The position numbers and the translations under genes are program-made. The notes under the pieces are model-generated. The model ran no database searches. It was not told the DNA's origin and saw only the letters and a list, made by a program, of their open reading frames with translations. A DNA stretch of 64,000 nucleotides from Spirochaetia bacterium (lineage in GTDB: Bacteria > Spirochaetota > Spirochaetia > DSM-2461). The stretch is from contig OY764216.1 of NCBI GenBank assembly GCA_963668315.1, positions 1,760,001-1,824,000 on the forward strand, in the 5' to 3' direction. Shown one piece after another: positions 28,959-39,785 of this stretch. Position 1 is the first letter of the stretch; each line of letters starts with the position of its first letter.

Positions 28959-30188
28959 ATGGAAAGGGAAGCGGTTTACAATGTCAATTCCGAAGTGGGG
29001 CGATTGGAGGCGGTTCTTCTACATCGTCCCGGCAAAGAACTTGAGAGGCTGACTCCCCAGTATCTTGAGGAGCTGCTTTTCGATGATATCCCCTGGCTGG
29101 GAAGGATCCGGGAGGAACACGATATGTTCGCCCGCACTCTGGAATCCCGGGGCTGCCGTGTTTATTACTATGACAAACTGCTGACCGAAATCTTTGAAAG
29201 TGAAGAGGTCCGCCGGGAACTGGTGGAAGAGCTGGTGAAGTTTACCAGGATTAATGCGCTGAGGGAGGGGAAGGCCATCGGCGAGTATCTGTTATCCTGC
29301 TCCCCGGAAGAACTGACCGGCATCGTCATCGCCGGTCTGCATAAGAATGAAGTGGATCTTTTGGGAGTGGAAAGGAGTCTTTCCTATTATGTCACCGATG
29401 ACTACCCCTTTTACATCAATCCGCTTCCCAATCTCTACTTCACCCGTGATCCCGGAGCCGTTATCGGAAAGGGGCTTTCCATCAATTCGATGAGAACTCC
29501 GGCGCGCAACAGGGAATCCTTGCTGCTTTCCTATATCCACCGCTACCGTTTCGGCGGGGAATCCTCGGCCCGGTGGTACGATTACACTCTCCCCGATCCT
29601 ATAGAGGGGGGGGATATGCTGGTGTTGAGCCCCTCTGTCCTTGCCGTCGGGTGCAGCGCCCGGACATCGGCCCAGGCCATAGAAGTTCTGGCGAAAAATC
29701 TGATTCACGGGCCTTCCTCTGTCAAGGAAGTCCTTGTTCTGCAGATTCCCTTTCGCCGGGCCTATATGCACCTGGATACGGTTTTCACCATGGTCGACCG
29801 GGACAAGTTCATCATTTTTCCCGAAATCAGGGAGAGCGTGAAGGTCTTCCGTATCACCGGGAGGGGCGGTGAGGACGGTTCGCTGGTTATCAGGCCGGAG
29901 GAGAATCTTGAGAAGGCCCTGTGTGAAAGCCTGAATCTGGACGGGGTATCCCTTATCGCCAGCGGAGGGGGCGACAGAATTACCGCCGCAAGAGAACAGT
30001 GGAACGACAGTACGAATACTCTGGCCATAGCCCCCGGTACGGTTGTAACCTACAGGAGGAATACGGCGTCCAATGACACGCTGAGGGAGAACGGCATTGA
30101 AGTGGTGGAGATCGAAGGCTCCGAGCTTGTCCGCGGCCGGGGAGGTCCCCGCTGTATGAGCATGCCCCTGAGAAGGGCCGACCTCTAG
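28959..30188 (+). CDS. arcA: Arginine deiminase
   Basis: SEVGRL, LLFDD, PNLYFTRD, IEGGD, MHLDT, EQWND, GRGGPRCMS. Confidence 0.96.
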   Translation: MEREAVYNVNSEVGRLEAVLLHRPGKELERLTPQYLEELLFDDIPWLGRIREEHDMFARTLESRGCRVYYYDKLLTEIFESEEVRRELVEELVKFTRINALREGKAIGEYLLSCSPEELTGIVIAGLHKNEVDLLGVERSLSYYVTDDYPFYINPLPNLYFTRDPGAVIGKGLSINSMRTPARNRESLLLSYIHRYRFGGESSARWYDYTLPDPIEGGDMLVLSPSVLAVGCSARTSAQAIEVLAKNLIHGPSSVKEVLVLQIPFRRAYMHLDTVFTMVDRDKFIIFPEIRESVKVFRITGRGGEDGSLVIRPEENLEKALCESLNLDGVSLIASGGGDRITAAREQWNDSTNTLAIAPGTVVTYRRNTASNDTLRENGIEVVEIEGSELVRGRGGPRCMSMPLRRADL

Positions 30189-30244
30189 GGAAGCCTTTTC
30201 TTTTTTCTATGGAAAAGGACCGGGCTTAGTGATACAATTACCCC

Positions 30245-31411
30245 ATGAATCCTTTTCAATTACAAACAAATAAAAAGCTCGTTTTCGGCTGCGGAGAGAG
30301 GAAGAAGCTTCCTGCCTTAATCAAGGAATTTCCCGCCGGTCCGATAGCTCTGTTCACAGGCAGGAGCGTCGCCGCTTCCGTGGAAGGTAAAGCCTTCATC
30401 GAGGAGATCGGCCGGAGCGCCAAGCTTTCCCATCATATTATTTCGGGCGAGCCTTCTCCCGCCGCGGTGGATAAAATCGTAGAACAGTGCCGGGGTGAAA
30501 AGACCGCGCTCGTCATAGCCATGGGCGGAGGCAGCGTCATAGATGCGGGAAAAGCCGCCGCGGCCATGTGCTGCGAGAAGGGCGGTGTCAAGGATTATCT
30601 GGAAGGGGTGGGAACGAAGACTCCGTCCGGGGAGACCCTGCCGCTTATCGCCCTTCCCACAACAAGCGGGACGGGCAGCGAAGCGACGAAAAACGCCGTT
30701 ATCTCCGACAGGGCCGAAGGGTACAAGAAGTCCCTGCGCCATGATAATTATATTCCCGACATCGCCCTGGTCGATCCCGAATTGACTTTGAGCTGCCCCC
30801 GGTCGGTCACCATGGCCTGCGGGCTGGATGCCTTCTGTCAGCTTCTGGAATCCTACTTCTCCACCGGTTCCTCCGTTCTCACCGATACGCTGGCTTTCGA
30901 GGGAATGACCCGGCTGGTGCGATCCTTTCTGCCCGTCTGCGGCGAGGGGGCGAATGATCCCGACCTTCGGGCCGATATGGCCTATGCTTCCTATCTTTCG
31001 GGAATTACCCTGGCCAATGCCGGGCTGGGGACGGTTCATGGAATGGCCGGTCCCATGGGCGGACTCTATGAGATCCCCCACGGAGTGGCCTGCGGTCTGC
31101 TTCTTAAACCCGTCATGGAACTTACCTTAAGGAAGATCGCCATCAAATGGCAGACAGAACGGTGGGAAGGCAAGGTGAAGAGAGTCGCCCGGCTGCTGTC
31201 CGGCAAAAACGCCGGTTCTTATAAAGATGGTGTGGAAGCTATCCTTCAGGCTCTGGATTCCTGGGCCGAGCAGCTTGAGCTGAAGCCCCTTCGCCAGTAC
31301 GGCATCGAAGAGGAAAGTCTGGGCAGAATCATCGTTCAGTCCGGGAATAAAAACAATCCCTATGCCTTGACGGTGGAAGAGATGGAGAACGTACTGCTCT
31401 CTGTTCTGTAG
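30245..31411 (+). CDS. Iron-containing alcohol dehydrogenase
   Basis: GGGSVIDAGK, PTTSGTGSEAT, GLGTVHG, PHG. Confidence 0.92.
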   Translation: MNPFQLQTNKKLVFGCGERKKLPALIKEFPAGPIALFTGRSVAASVEGKAFIEEIGRSAKLSHHIISGEPSPAAVDKIVEQCRGEKTALVIAMGGGSVIDAGKAAAAMCCEKGGVKDYLEGVGTKTPSGETLPLIALPTTSGTGSEATKNAVISDRAEGYKKSLRHDNYIPDIALVDPELTLSCPRSVTMACGLDAFCQLLESYFSTGSSVLTDTLAFEGMTRLVRSFLPVCGEGANDPDLRADMAYASYLSGITLANAGLGTVHGMAGPMGGLYEIPHGVACGLLLKPVMELTLRKIAIKWQTERWEGKVKRVARLLSGKNAGSYKDGVEAILQALDSWAEQLELKPLRQYGIEEESLGRIIVQSGNKNNPYALTVEEMENVLLSVL

Positions 31412-31526
31412 TCCCGGAGCAGAGGAAAAATCAATCTGTTGACTTTTTCAAGGGAATCATTAAACTGTCCAATTATGGGTAAAAATGTCCATTTGAAGGT
31501 CTGAAAGTAAAATCTGGGGAGAAATT

Positions 31527-33608
31527 ATGAGTATTACTGAGCTGATGACCGAGCTGGTATTCCAGGTCGGCGTCATACTTTTCGCTGCCAAACTCGGCGG
31601 TATGGCTATGAAGAGAATCAAGATGCCTTCCGTTCTGGGTGAGCTTCTTGTCGGTATTCTTATCGGACCCTATGTACTGGGAGGGCTGTCGCTTCCCGGT
31701 TTTCCCCACGGACTTTTTCCTCTGGGAGAAGGCTTTTCCGTCAGTCCCGAACTGTACGGCTTCGCCACGGTCGCTTCCATCATTCTTCTGTTCCTTTCCG
31801 GTCTGGAAACGGATCTTTCCCTTTTTCTGGCCTACTCCGTAAAAGGGGCCATTATCGGTATCGGCGGGATCATTGTCGCCATGCTCAGCGGTATGTATGT
31901 GGGGGCTCTCATGCTCCATACGTCCCTTTTTACCCCGGTCAACCTTTTCCTGGGAATTCTGTCGGTGGCCACAAGCGTGGGGATAACCGCCCGGATCCTG
32001 TCGGAGCAGAGGAAGATGGGATCCCCCGAAGGTGTGACCATCCTGGCCGCCGCCGTTATCGACGACGTTCTGGGTATTATCATGCTGGCTATCGTACTGG
32101 GTATGATCGCCGTTCTGGGAGACGGGGGCGGTTCCATCAACTGGGGAGCCATCGGACTGATCGCCCTCAAGGCTGTCGCCGTCTGGCTGGGATTCACGAT
32201 TCTGGGGCTTTTTTTCGCCCGGCGGATAAGCAAGGGACTGAAATTCTTCAAAGGTCAATCCGCCATCGCTCTGATGGCTCTGGGACTGGCCCTCTTCATG
32301 GCGGGAATCTTCGAGGAAGCCGGTCTGGCCATGATCATCGGGGCCTATGTGACCGGTTTGAGTCTCTCCCGCACGGACATCAGCTTTGTAATCCAGGAAA
32401 AGCTGGAAGTGGTGCACGACTTCTTCGTCCCCATTTTTTTCTGCGTCATGGGAATGATGGTTGATGTGGAGGTTTTTACCAATCCGCAGGTGATTATTTT
32501 CGGTCTGATTTATTCCCTGGTTGCCATTGTCGCCAAGATTATCGGCTGCGGCGGTCCGGCTCTGTTCCTGAATTTCAACAAACTGGGAGCCCTCCGCATC
32601 GGTGTGGGAATGGTTCCCCGCGGAGAGGTCGCCCTCATCATCGCCGGTATAGGAATCGCTCAGGGCATATTGAGCAGCAATCTCTTCGGGGTGGCCGTTA
32701 TGATGACCCTTATCACCACCGTCGTTCCTCCCCCCATCCTCACCGCTTTGTTAAAAAGCAGCAGGAGCGGGACGCGCAAAGAGGAAAAAGGTGATAACCG
32801 GCTCGAGACGGATTTTGATTTTCCCTCACAGGAACTGCAGAGTTTTGCCACCTCCCAGATTATTGACGAGTTCGAGAGCCAGGGTTTCTTTGTTCATGAA
32901 TGGGATGTGGGTCATCCGGCCTATCAGATACGGAAAGATGATGTGTTTATCACCATGAATATCCTGGAAAACAAACTGAACTTCATTTCCGATGCTCAGG
33001 ATGTGCTTTTTCTGAAAACCCTCGTCTATGAGAAGCTCTTGGAGATGCAGGAGACGGTTAACAAGCTCAAGGAGCTGGCCAAGCCGGAACAGCTGGGAAG
33101 GGAGTTGCTCTCCGAGGATACCAGTGCGGGAGGGGGAAGAAAGGAGGATAACTTCTTCCGTGATATTTCCCTCGATTGCATAAAAATGGATCTGGAAGGA
33201 AACGATAAGGAATCCATTATTCTCGAGCTTGTTGATCTGGCAGAGAAATCCGGTAAGCTCCTGGACAGGGATCTGGTCCAGAAATCCGTCTTTGACAGGG
33301 AAGCTTCCATGAGTACGGGGATGCAGAACGGCATCGCTCTGCCCCATGGAAAATCCGACGGGGTGGACTGTCTGATTCCCGTCGTGGCCATACACAGGGA
33401 AGGGGTGGACTTCAATTCCCTGGACGGAGAGCCGAGCCGTCTCTTCTTTATGATCATATCCTCCAGGAACACCTCCGGCCCCCATGTCCGGTTTCTGGCG
33501 GCCATAAGCGGTATTCTGTCGAAAAATGAGGTGGTTGAACGGATTCTGAACTGCCGGACTCCCGAGGAATTGAAACAACTTCTGATTGATGAGGCCGTAT
33601 CGAAATAG
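31527..33608 (+). CDS. CPA2 cation:proton antiporter fused to a C-terminal PTS EIIA (Fru/Ntr-type) domain
   Basis: GELLVG, GLETD, TSVGIT, IDD, PRGEV in the antiporter part. REASMSTG...IALPHGK in the EIIA part. Confidence 0.9.
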   Translation: MSITELMTELVFQVGVILFAAKLGGMAMKRIKMPSVLGELLVGILIGPYVLGGLSLPGFPHGLFPLGEGFSVSPELYGFATVASIILLFLSGLETDLSLFLAYSVKGAIIGIGGIIVAMLSGMYVGALMLHTSLFTPVNLFLGILSVATSVGITARILSEQRKMGSPEGVTILAAAVIDDVLGIIMLAIVLGMIAVLGDGGGSINWGAIGLIALKAVAVWLGFTILGLFFARRISKGLKFFKGQSAIALMALGLALFMAGIFEEAGLAMIIGAYVTGLSLSRTDISFVIQEKLEVVHDFFVPIFFCVMGMMVDVEVFTNPQVIIFGLIYSLVAIVAKIIGCGGPALFLNFNKLGALRIGVGMVPRGEVALIIAGIGIAQGILSSNLFGVAVMMTLITTVVPPPILTALLKSSRSGTRKEEKGDNRLETDFDFPSQELQSFATSQIIDEFESQGFFVHEWDVGHPAYQIRKDDVFITMNILENKLNFISDAQDVLFLKTLVYEKLLEMQETVNKLKELAKPEQLGRELLSEDTSAGGGRKEDNFFRDISLDCIKMDLEGNDKESIILELVDLAEKSGKLLDRDLVQKSVFDREASMSTGMQNGIALPHGKSDGVDCLIPVVAIHREGVDFNSLDGEPSRLFFMIISSRNTSGPHVRFLAAISGILSKNEVVERILNCRTPEELKQLLIDEAVSK

Positions 33609-33620
33609 TACAATAGGAAT

Positions 33621-34349
33621 GTGAAAGGAAAAAAATACCTTTTATTCCTATTCTTTCTCATCCTCTCCGGTAATGCGTTCGGAGAGGAAATCACGGTCTA
33701 TGCTCTTGAGGCTATGCCCTACTGCGGAGTAGTGAAGGGGATAGCCCAGGGAATCGCCATTGATATTTTGAATGAAGCCGCCAACTACGGCGCACCTTCC
33801 TTTACTTTTCGTTTTGATATCCCATGGAAGCGGGCTCAGAGTCTCATCCAGGATCAGGACGAGGGACTTTCTGCCATTATTCCCTTCTCCTTCTCGGAAC
33901 AGAGAAAGGGGGACTACACGTGGATATCTCTGCTTTGTTCCCGTCACTTCAGACTATATTCACTGACGGATTGGAATCTCAGGGAATATGGGGCGGATTT
34001 TTCGGTAGGACTTGTCAGAGGGCATGTACTCATCGATGTCCTGGATAATTTGGGATGGGGCAGAATCGATTCGGGAGCCGAAAACGCCGAGGCGAATATG
34101 AGAAAGCTGGCCCTGGGGCGGGTCGATGGGGTGGCCGATTCCGATTTGATTGCCCTTTATTACTGGAATAAAGTTCTCAAGGACAGACGCCCCTTATATG
34201 AGGGAGAAGAGATAGGGGACGCCAATGACATTTACATTGCCTCGGGAAGCGATTTTCCCGAAGACATCGCCCGGCAGATTGATCATGCCGTTGATCTGAT
34301 GCGGGCGGATGGGAAGATCGACGAGATTATTGATAAATGGATAAGGTAA
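33621..34349 (+). CDS. Family 3 extracellular solute-binding protein
   Basis: Signal peptide, PY..G..GIAIDI, PWKRA, GRVD, ADGKIDEIIDKW. Confidence 0.8.
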   Translation: MKGKKYLLFLFFLILSGNAFGEEITVYALEAMPYCGVVKGIAQGIAIDILNEAANYGAPSFTFRFDIPWKRAQSLIQDQDEGLSAIIPFSFSEQRKGDYTWISLLCSRHFRLYSLTDWNLREYGADFSVGLVRGHVLIDVLDNLGWGRIDSGAENAEANMRKLALGRVDGVADSDLIALYYWNKVLKDRRPLYEGEEIGDANDIYIASGSDFPEDIARQIDHAVDLMRADGKIDEIIDKWIR

Positions 34350-34365
34350 GATATGGGCGGGCAAT

Positions 34366-34392
34366 AAAAAAGGTCATCCTGTGGATGACCTT
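34366..34392 (-). terminator. Terminator downstream of tRNA-Ala (possibly bidirectional)
   Basis: AAGGTCATCC-TGT-GGATGACCTT hairpin with an A-run on its left. Confidence 0.8.
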
Positions 34393-34400
34393 AGCTTTAG

Positions 34401-34474
<74 letters not shown>

Positions 34475-34585
34475 GAAGCGATTAAGAATATAACCGATAG
34501 GCAAAAAAGGGTCAACCCTCTTTTTTATTTTTTTTTGCAAATCCCGGAAGCCATGGGGGCTTCCGGGAGGGGAATGATCAATTCT

Positions 34586-37030
34586 CTAGTAGGAGCTGTG
34601 GAAAAGAGAGGTGGCGGTCAGCTGTTTTTTCAGTTCCCCGGGGGATAATTCTCCTCTGACCAGGGTGAGCTCTCTTGTTTCTCCCCCTTTCATATGGAAG
34701 AAATTATCCGAGAAGACCGCGTCATCAGAGGAAAGATCAAGGTATACGAAAAGGGCGGGTCTGTCCGCTTTGACGCTTATTGTAAGCTTACCGTCTCTTT
34801 CCTTGACTTCGCAGGAGAGGGCCGGATCTTCCAGTTCCATATGCTTATAGGGGGCAAAGGCGTGGCTGGCCCGGCAGACTGTGCCGTCCTCCCCCTCAAA
34901 GCGGGCGAAGAGGAACCGGTTGCAGCAGTCTCCATTTTTCAGTTCCTCGGTGAAATCCATGGTAAGGAAAGAGCGGCTGGAAAAGGAGGGAATGACCGCC
35001 TTTTCCTCTCCTTCCAGGATCGTTTTCCCGCTGAAATCACAGAGTTCCCATTTCAGAACTCCGCTTTTTTCTTTTTTATCCTCATTGGAAAGCCACAGTG
35101 AAACGCTCTCTTCCTTCCCTTCGCAGGAGAGGAGGAGATTGGCAAAATCCCTTTTGGCCATATAGTGGAGGGCCTTCCATCGTCCGTAGTAGTCGATACT
35201 GGCCCATGACGCCACGGGCCAGTTGTCGTTCAGCTGCCAGTAGACGGCTCCCATGCAGCGGCCTCTGTTACGGCGCCAGTGGCGGATCCCCGTGGTCAGG
35301 GCGTCGCCCTGGCTCAGCTGGGAGAGGTAAACGGTATTCCTGAGATCGGAGGGAGCTTTGAAGTACTGGGACATATAGTAGAAAATCTTGCTGTTTCCCC
35401 CGGGGCAGCGCTGGTGATCATCCATGATGCGGGATATGGGGTTGCGGTCCTCTTCCTCCGTAAAGGACTCAATCGTTTTCATATCAGGATAGGATTCAAA
35501 GCCGAACTCGGACATGAACCGGAAGTAGTGGTTCTCGTACTCGCTGAAGGGCATCAGGCCGTGCCAGACCGCCCAGAAGTGGCAGTCCCCCCGTTCCGGT
35601 GCATTGGGTTCGTCGAAACTGCCCGCCGAAGAGGGAGAGGAGGGCCAGTAGAAAAGCTCCGGGCATACCTCTTTCGCAATGGCGGGAAAGACGAACTCAT
35701 ACTGCTTGAGATACTCCATTCTCTCTTCGTTCGTCGATTTGAACCAGTTGAGAATGCCGTCCTCCATCTCGTTGTTGCCGCAGATAAGGCCCACCGAGGC
35801 ATGATGGCGTATTCTTTTCAGATTATCCCTGACTTCGAGGGATATGTTCTCCAGAAAATCTTCGTTTTTCACATCATAGATGGCGCAGGCGAACATCATG
35901 TCCTGCCAGTTTACCAGGCCGTAGATATCGCACAGGTCATAGAAATCATCGGAAGGGTAAACACCGCCTCCCCAGACGCGGATCGAGTTGAAGTTGGCTT
36001 CCACCGCATCCTGAATCAGCCTCTCCGTTTTTTCCCTGGTCACGCGCGTCAGATAGACATCTTCGGGAATATAATCGGCTCCCCGTGAAAAGAAGGGAAT
36101 CCCGTTAACCGTAAAGGCAAAGGCTTCCCCCCATTCGTCCTTATCACGGCATACTGTCATGGTGCGCAGTCCGATTTTCAGTTCCCCTTTCTGGCCGTCG
36201 GGAAGGACTCCCTCCAGTTTGTACAGGGGCTGGTCTCCCAGGCCGTTGGGCCACCAGAGGCGGGGATTCTCCACGGTAATGACGCACTTTTCCCCGCAGA
36301 CCGCTTTGGCTTCCCGGGTTTTCCCTTCCGGTCCTGTAAGGGTAAAGGCCATTTCCGGCTTATCGCCCCAGCAGTCCGCTTCGGGTATCAGCTCCAGGTT
36401 GACCCGTCCGTCCTCATGGTGCTGGATAACGCGAATGCCCTCCAGCCGGTAGGATCTGTAAGCGGCGATGCGGATATGGCGCCAGATTCCCAGGTCGGGA
36501 ATCTTCGGGCCCCAGTCCCAGCCGTAGCTGCAGTGGCTTTTCCTGATCATGTTGAAGCCCTGAACCGATACCACGCCGTCATGGTCGGCGGCATAGAGAA
36601 GTCTCCGTTCCCGCTCCTTTCTTATGTATTCAAGGGAGTTCTGAAAGAGAATCTCTATCCTGTTCTCCCCCTCTCTCAGAAGAGATTTCACATCGATCCG
36701 GTAGGGCCGATGCATATTGTTTGTCCGGGCGGCTTCGCGGCCGTTGACCGTTATTACCGTAAGGGTGTCCAGACCTTCGGCTTCCAGAAAAACTCTTTCC
36801 GCGGAAAGAATACTTTTCCCCACGGTGAAACTGCGGGAAAAGAGAAAATCCCTGTCGGCGATATCCAGGCACTGCCGGTTGTTGTCCCTGAAGAAGACGT
36901 CGCCCTTTTCATAGACTCCCTGTTCTTCCAGAGTCTGAAAAACCGAACCGGGAACCGGCTGGTCAAATTCGTATTTCCCCTCTTCCGAACGGACATGCCA
37001 CTGCCCGTTTAAACAAATCTCTTCTTTCAT
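34586..37030 (-). CDS. Beta-mannosidase (GH2)
   Basis: GWDWGP, WWPNG, RVWGGG, WQDMMFAC, GNNE, RFMSEFG, YWQLND. Confidence 0.93.
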   Translation of the reverse strand: MKEEICLNGQWHVRSEEGKYEFDQPVPGSVFQTLEEQGVYEKGDVFFRDNNRQCLDIADRDFLFSRSFTVGKSILSAERVFLEAEGLDTLTVITVNGREAARTNNMHRPYRIDVKSLLREGENRIEILFQNSLEYIRKERERRLLYAADHDGVVSVQGFNMIRKSHCSYGWDWGPKIPDLGIWRHIRIAAYRSYRLEGIRVIQHHEDGRVNLELIPEADCWGDKPEMAFTLTGPEGKTREAKAVCGEKCVITVENPRLWWPNGLGDQPLYKLEGVLPDGQKGELKIGLRTMTVCRDKDEWGEAFAFTVNGIPFFSRGADYIPEDVYLTRVTREKTERLIQDAVEANFNSIRVWGGGVYPSDDFYDLCDIYGLVNWQDMMFACAIYDVKNEDFLENISLEVRDNLKRIRHHASVGLICGNNEMEDGILNWFKSTNEERMEYLKQYEFVFPAIAKEVCPELFYWPSSPSSAGSFDEPNAPERGDCHFWAVWHGLMPFSEYENHYFRFMSEFGFESYPDMKTIESFTEEEDRNPISRIMDDHQRCPGGNSKIFYYMSQYFKAPSDLRNTVYLSQLSQGDALTTGIRHWRRNRGRCMGAVYWQLNDNWPVASWASIDYYGRWKALHYMAKRDFANLLLSCEGKEESVSLWLSNEDKKEKSGVLKWELCDFSGKTILEGEEKAVIPSFSSRSFLTMDFTEELKNGDCCNRFLFARFEGEDGTVCRASHAFAPYKHMELEDPALSCEVKERDGKLTISVKADRPALFVYLDLSSDDAVFSDNFFHMKGGETRELTLVRGELSPGELKKQLTATSLFHSSY

Positions 37031-37159
37031 GAAAACAATTCCTTTCAGGAAAACAGGAGCCCATCTTCCTGGTTGTGGTCAATTTACATTCATTGTAAGA
37101 GGAGAAACGTGATTTATACAGGAATAATATTGACAAATAATAGAAATATTGTGATATAA

Positions 37160-37990
37160 ATGAATATGGCTCTACTACGGCAGAATTGGCGGGATACGGG
37201 AAGAAAGTACTTTCAGCTGAGCATATTCGAATATCAGTCCTCCTATTTCTATCCTTCCCATAACCATGAGGAGCAGGCCGAACTGGTTTACTGCACCAAG
37301 GGCCATTTTCAGCACCGCATCAACGGAGTGGATTATCGCCATGGAGAAGGGGAAATGCGCCTGATCCGTGCCAGAGACATACATCAGCTCAAGGGAGAAA
37401 GGTTTTCCTACTTCAATCTGGCCTTTACCGAGAAATGGCTGGACCGCCTGGCTCTGATGACCGGGATCGACAGGGAGGAGGTTTTCCCCACGGGGGCGGG
37501 GGGGCTTGTCCCCCTGTCCGACGAGTTCAGGGAGACATTGAATGAGAGGCTGGACCGTCTGTTCACCTGGGAGGACCGGGAGGAGGGGCAGATTCCCTTT
37601 CTCCATTTTCTCTCGGAGTGCATGGACCTTGCCCGGATCGGTCTCTGGCAGGAGCCCCGTTCGGAGAGCCTGCCCGACTGGCTGGCCGAAGGAGTACGTG
37701 AAATGGAGGAGTCCCTCTCCCTGGAGAGGGCCCTGGAAAAGTCCTGCCGCAGCCGGGAGCATTTTTCCCGCACCTTCAGGTCGCACATGGGAGTTCCCCC
37801 CACGGTTTACCTGAATCGGCTCAGGATGGAGAAAGCCTCCCGCCTTCTGACCCGGACAAATCTTCCCGTGAAGACGATTGGTATAGGCTGTTCCTTTGAA
37901 AACCAGAACTATTTTAACCGCTGCTTCAAGGATTATACGGGACTGACTCCCCTGGAATACAGGCGGAGGTTCAGGAACCGGGTGCATTAA
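37160..37990 (+). CDS. AraC family regulator with cupin sensor (ChbR-like), divergent from the mannosidase
   Basis: HNH..E cupin motif. EHFSRTF...YLNRLRM...NYFNRCFK..G.TP.EYR. Confidence 0.9.
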   Translation: MNMALLRQNWRDTGRKYFQLSIFEYQSSYFYPSHNHEEQAELVYCTKGHFQHRINGVDYRHGEGEMRLIRARDIHQLKGERFSYFNLAFTEKWLDRLALMTGIDREEVFPTGAGGLVPLSDEFRETLNERLDRLFTWEDREEGQIPFLHFLSECMDLARIGLWQEPRSESLPDWLAEGVREMEESLSLERALEKSCRSREHFSRTFRSHMGVPPTVYLNRLRMEKASRLLTRTNLPVKTIGIGCSFENQNYFNRCFKDYTGLTPLEYRRRFRNRVH

Positions 37991-38069
37991 GGTCTTTCGG
38001 AACAAGTTTTTTTTCCGGTTTCTCATTATTACAGCCGGAGTTACCGATATTGAAAAAAGGTGAAGGCGT

Positions 38070-39296
38070 GTGGGACGTGTAAGTAATGTAAAGCTGCAGA
38101 AAATTATAACGATCGATGAAGAGCTCAACAAAATACAGGACTTGGATATCCTTATGGAGCGGATTCTTCTGGATGCCAGAAAGGTAACCAACGCAGAAGC
38201 CGGCTCCGTCTACAGTGTGGAAGGACATCAGCTTCAGATCAAATGTTCTCAGAATGAGGTGCTGGAACGGGACCTGCCCCCCAACGGAAAACTGATATAC
38301 GCTTTCTTTGAGTATCCCATCAGCGAAAAAACCATCTCCGGATGGGTCGCTGCCAACGCGGAGCCCCTTATGATTACCGATGTATATAATATACCGGAAG
38401 AAGCCCCCTACGGCTTTAACCCCGATTACGATCAGAAAGCGGGATACCATACCAAATCCACCTACACTCTCCCCCTCATATCCAATACAGAGCAGGTCAT
38501 CGGCGTGCTTCAGCTGATCAACTCCCGGGACAGCAAGGGGAGGGTCATTCCCTTTCACAAGAGGGACGAACCGTTTATCACCCATTTCGCCTCGAGCGCC
38601 ACGCTGGCCCTGCAGAGAGCCCGCATGACAAGAACCCTTCTTCTGCGGATGATCCGGATGGCCGGTCTGCGCGATCCCAAGGAGACGGGAGCCCATGTAA
38701 ACCGGGTAGGGGCCTATTCGGTGGAGATATATGAAGCCTGGGCAAAGAACAGAAAACATGATCCCGGTGAAATCGAGAGGGTCAAGGATACTTTCAGAAT
38801 GGTCGCCATGCTCCACGATATCGGCAAAGTGGCCATCCCCGATAACATTCTCAAGAAAGCGGGCCAGCTGGATGAGGATGAATTCGACATAATGAAAACC
38901 CATACCTGGCAGGGTGCCAAAATCATGGGGGACAGCGAATCGGTCATGGACTCCATGGCCATCGAGGTGGCCCTCCGGCACCATGAGCACTGGGACGGCA
39001 CGGGATATCCCGGCCGCATCGATATAGAAACGGGTGACTGGCTGGACAAAAACGATCAGACCGGGTTGAAAGGGGAGGAGATTCCCCTGTTCGCCCGCAT
39101 TGTAGCCATCGCCGATGTCTATGACGCCCTTATGTCCCACCGCGTCTATAAGGACGCCTGGAAGGAAGAGGACGTCATCCAGTCCATTGCCGAGCAGAAG
39201 GGTCGTCAATTCGATCCCGAGTTAGTCGATCTGTTTATGGAAATCCTGCCCACGATCAAGCATGTGCAGGAAAAATACCCCGATCAGCAGCAGTAA
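38070..39296 (+). CDS. GAF + HD-GYP phosphodiesterase
   Basis: GAF (GVLQLIN), RDPKETGAH, HDIGK, HHEHWDGTGYP, ADVYDAL. Confidence 0.93.
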   Translation: MGRVSNVKLQKIITIDEELNKIQDLDILMERILLDARKVTNAEAGSVYSVEGHQLQIKCSQNEVLERDLPPNGKLIYAFFEYPISEKTISGWVAANAEPLMITDVYNIPEEAPYGFNPDYDQKAGYHTKSTYTLPLISNTEQVIGVLQLINSRDSKGRVIPFHKRDEPFITHFASSATLALQRARMTRTLLLRMIRMAGLRDPKETGAHVNRVGAYSVEIYEAWAKNRKHDPGEIERVKDTFRMVAMLHDIGKVAIPDNILKKAGQLDEDEFDIMKTHTWQGAKIMGDSESVMDSMAIEVALRHHEHWDGTGYPGRIDIETGDWLDKNDQTGLKGEEIPLFARIVAIADVYDALMSHRVYKDAWKEEDVIQSIAEQKGRQFDPELVDLFMEILPTIKHVQEKYPDQQQ

Positions 39297-39631
39297 CCGC
39301 CGGCCAGTCCGGCGGCGTAGAGTTTTCCGCAGGCCTGGTACATGCCCAGTTTCGTCTGCATAAGGGTAATGCCGCTGTCGGCGGCCAGGGTTTTCATATT
39401 ATCGGTGATTTCCTTTTCCCTCACGAAAAGAATGTGCTCTATATCGGCCATTTCGGCAGTGCGGATGGCCTGAATATTGGCCAGTCCGGTGACCAGCAGG
39501 GCCTTCTCCGGTTCCAGGGTAAGTATGTCGCTCATGAGATCGGACGCACAGATCATTTCTATGGGGGCGTCCAGATTATTGCCGCACAGAGTATGTCCAT
39601 CCACCAGGGCTAATATTTCCTTTACCGTCAT
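39284..39631 (-). CDS. DRTGG domain protein
   Basis: ASDLMSDIL, LLVTGL, IRTAEM, ACGKLY. Confidence 0.85.
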   Translation of the reverse strand: MTVKEILALVDGHTLCGNNLDAPIEMICASDLMSDILTLEPEKALLVTGLANIQAIRTAEMADIEHILFVREKEITDNMKTLAADSGITLMQTKLGMYQACGKLYAAGLAGGYCC

Positions 39632-39785
39632 TGGTTCTCCCGTCTTCCTAATGGCTTAACTATAGATCAGATAGTCCTCATTAATCAAATAGTCTCCGGG
39701 GAAAACACAGGATAATTCGCCGGGGAACAGGGATTTTCCTATCGTTTTACTTGCAATTGCTCTCCGACTTTACTAGACTCGCCTT

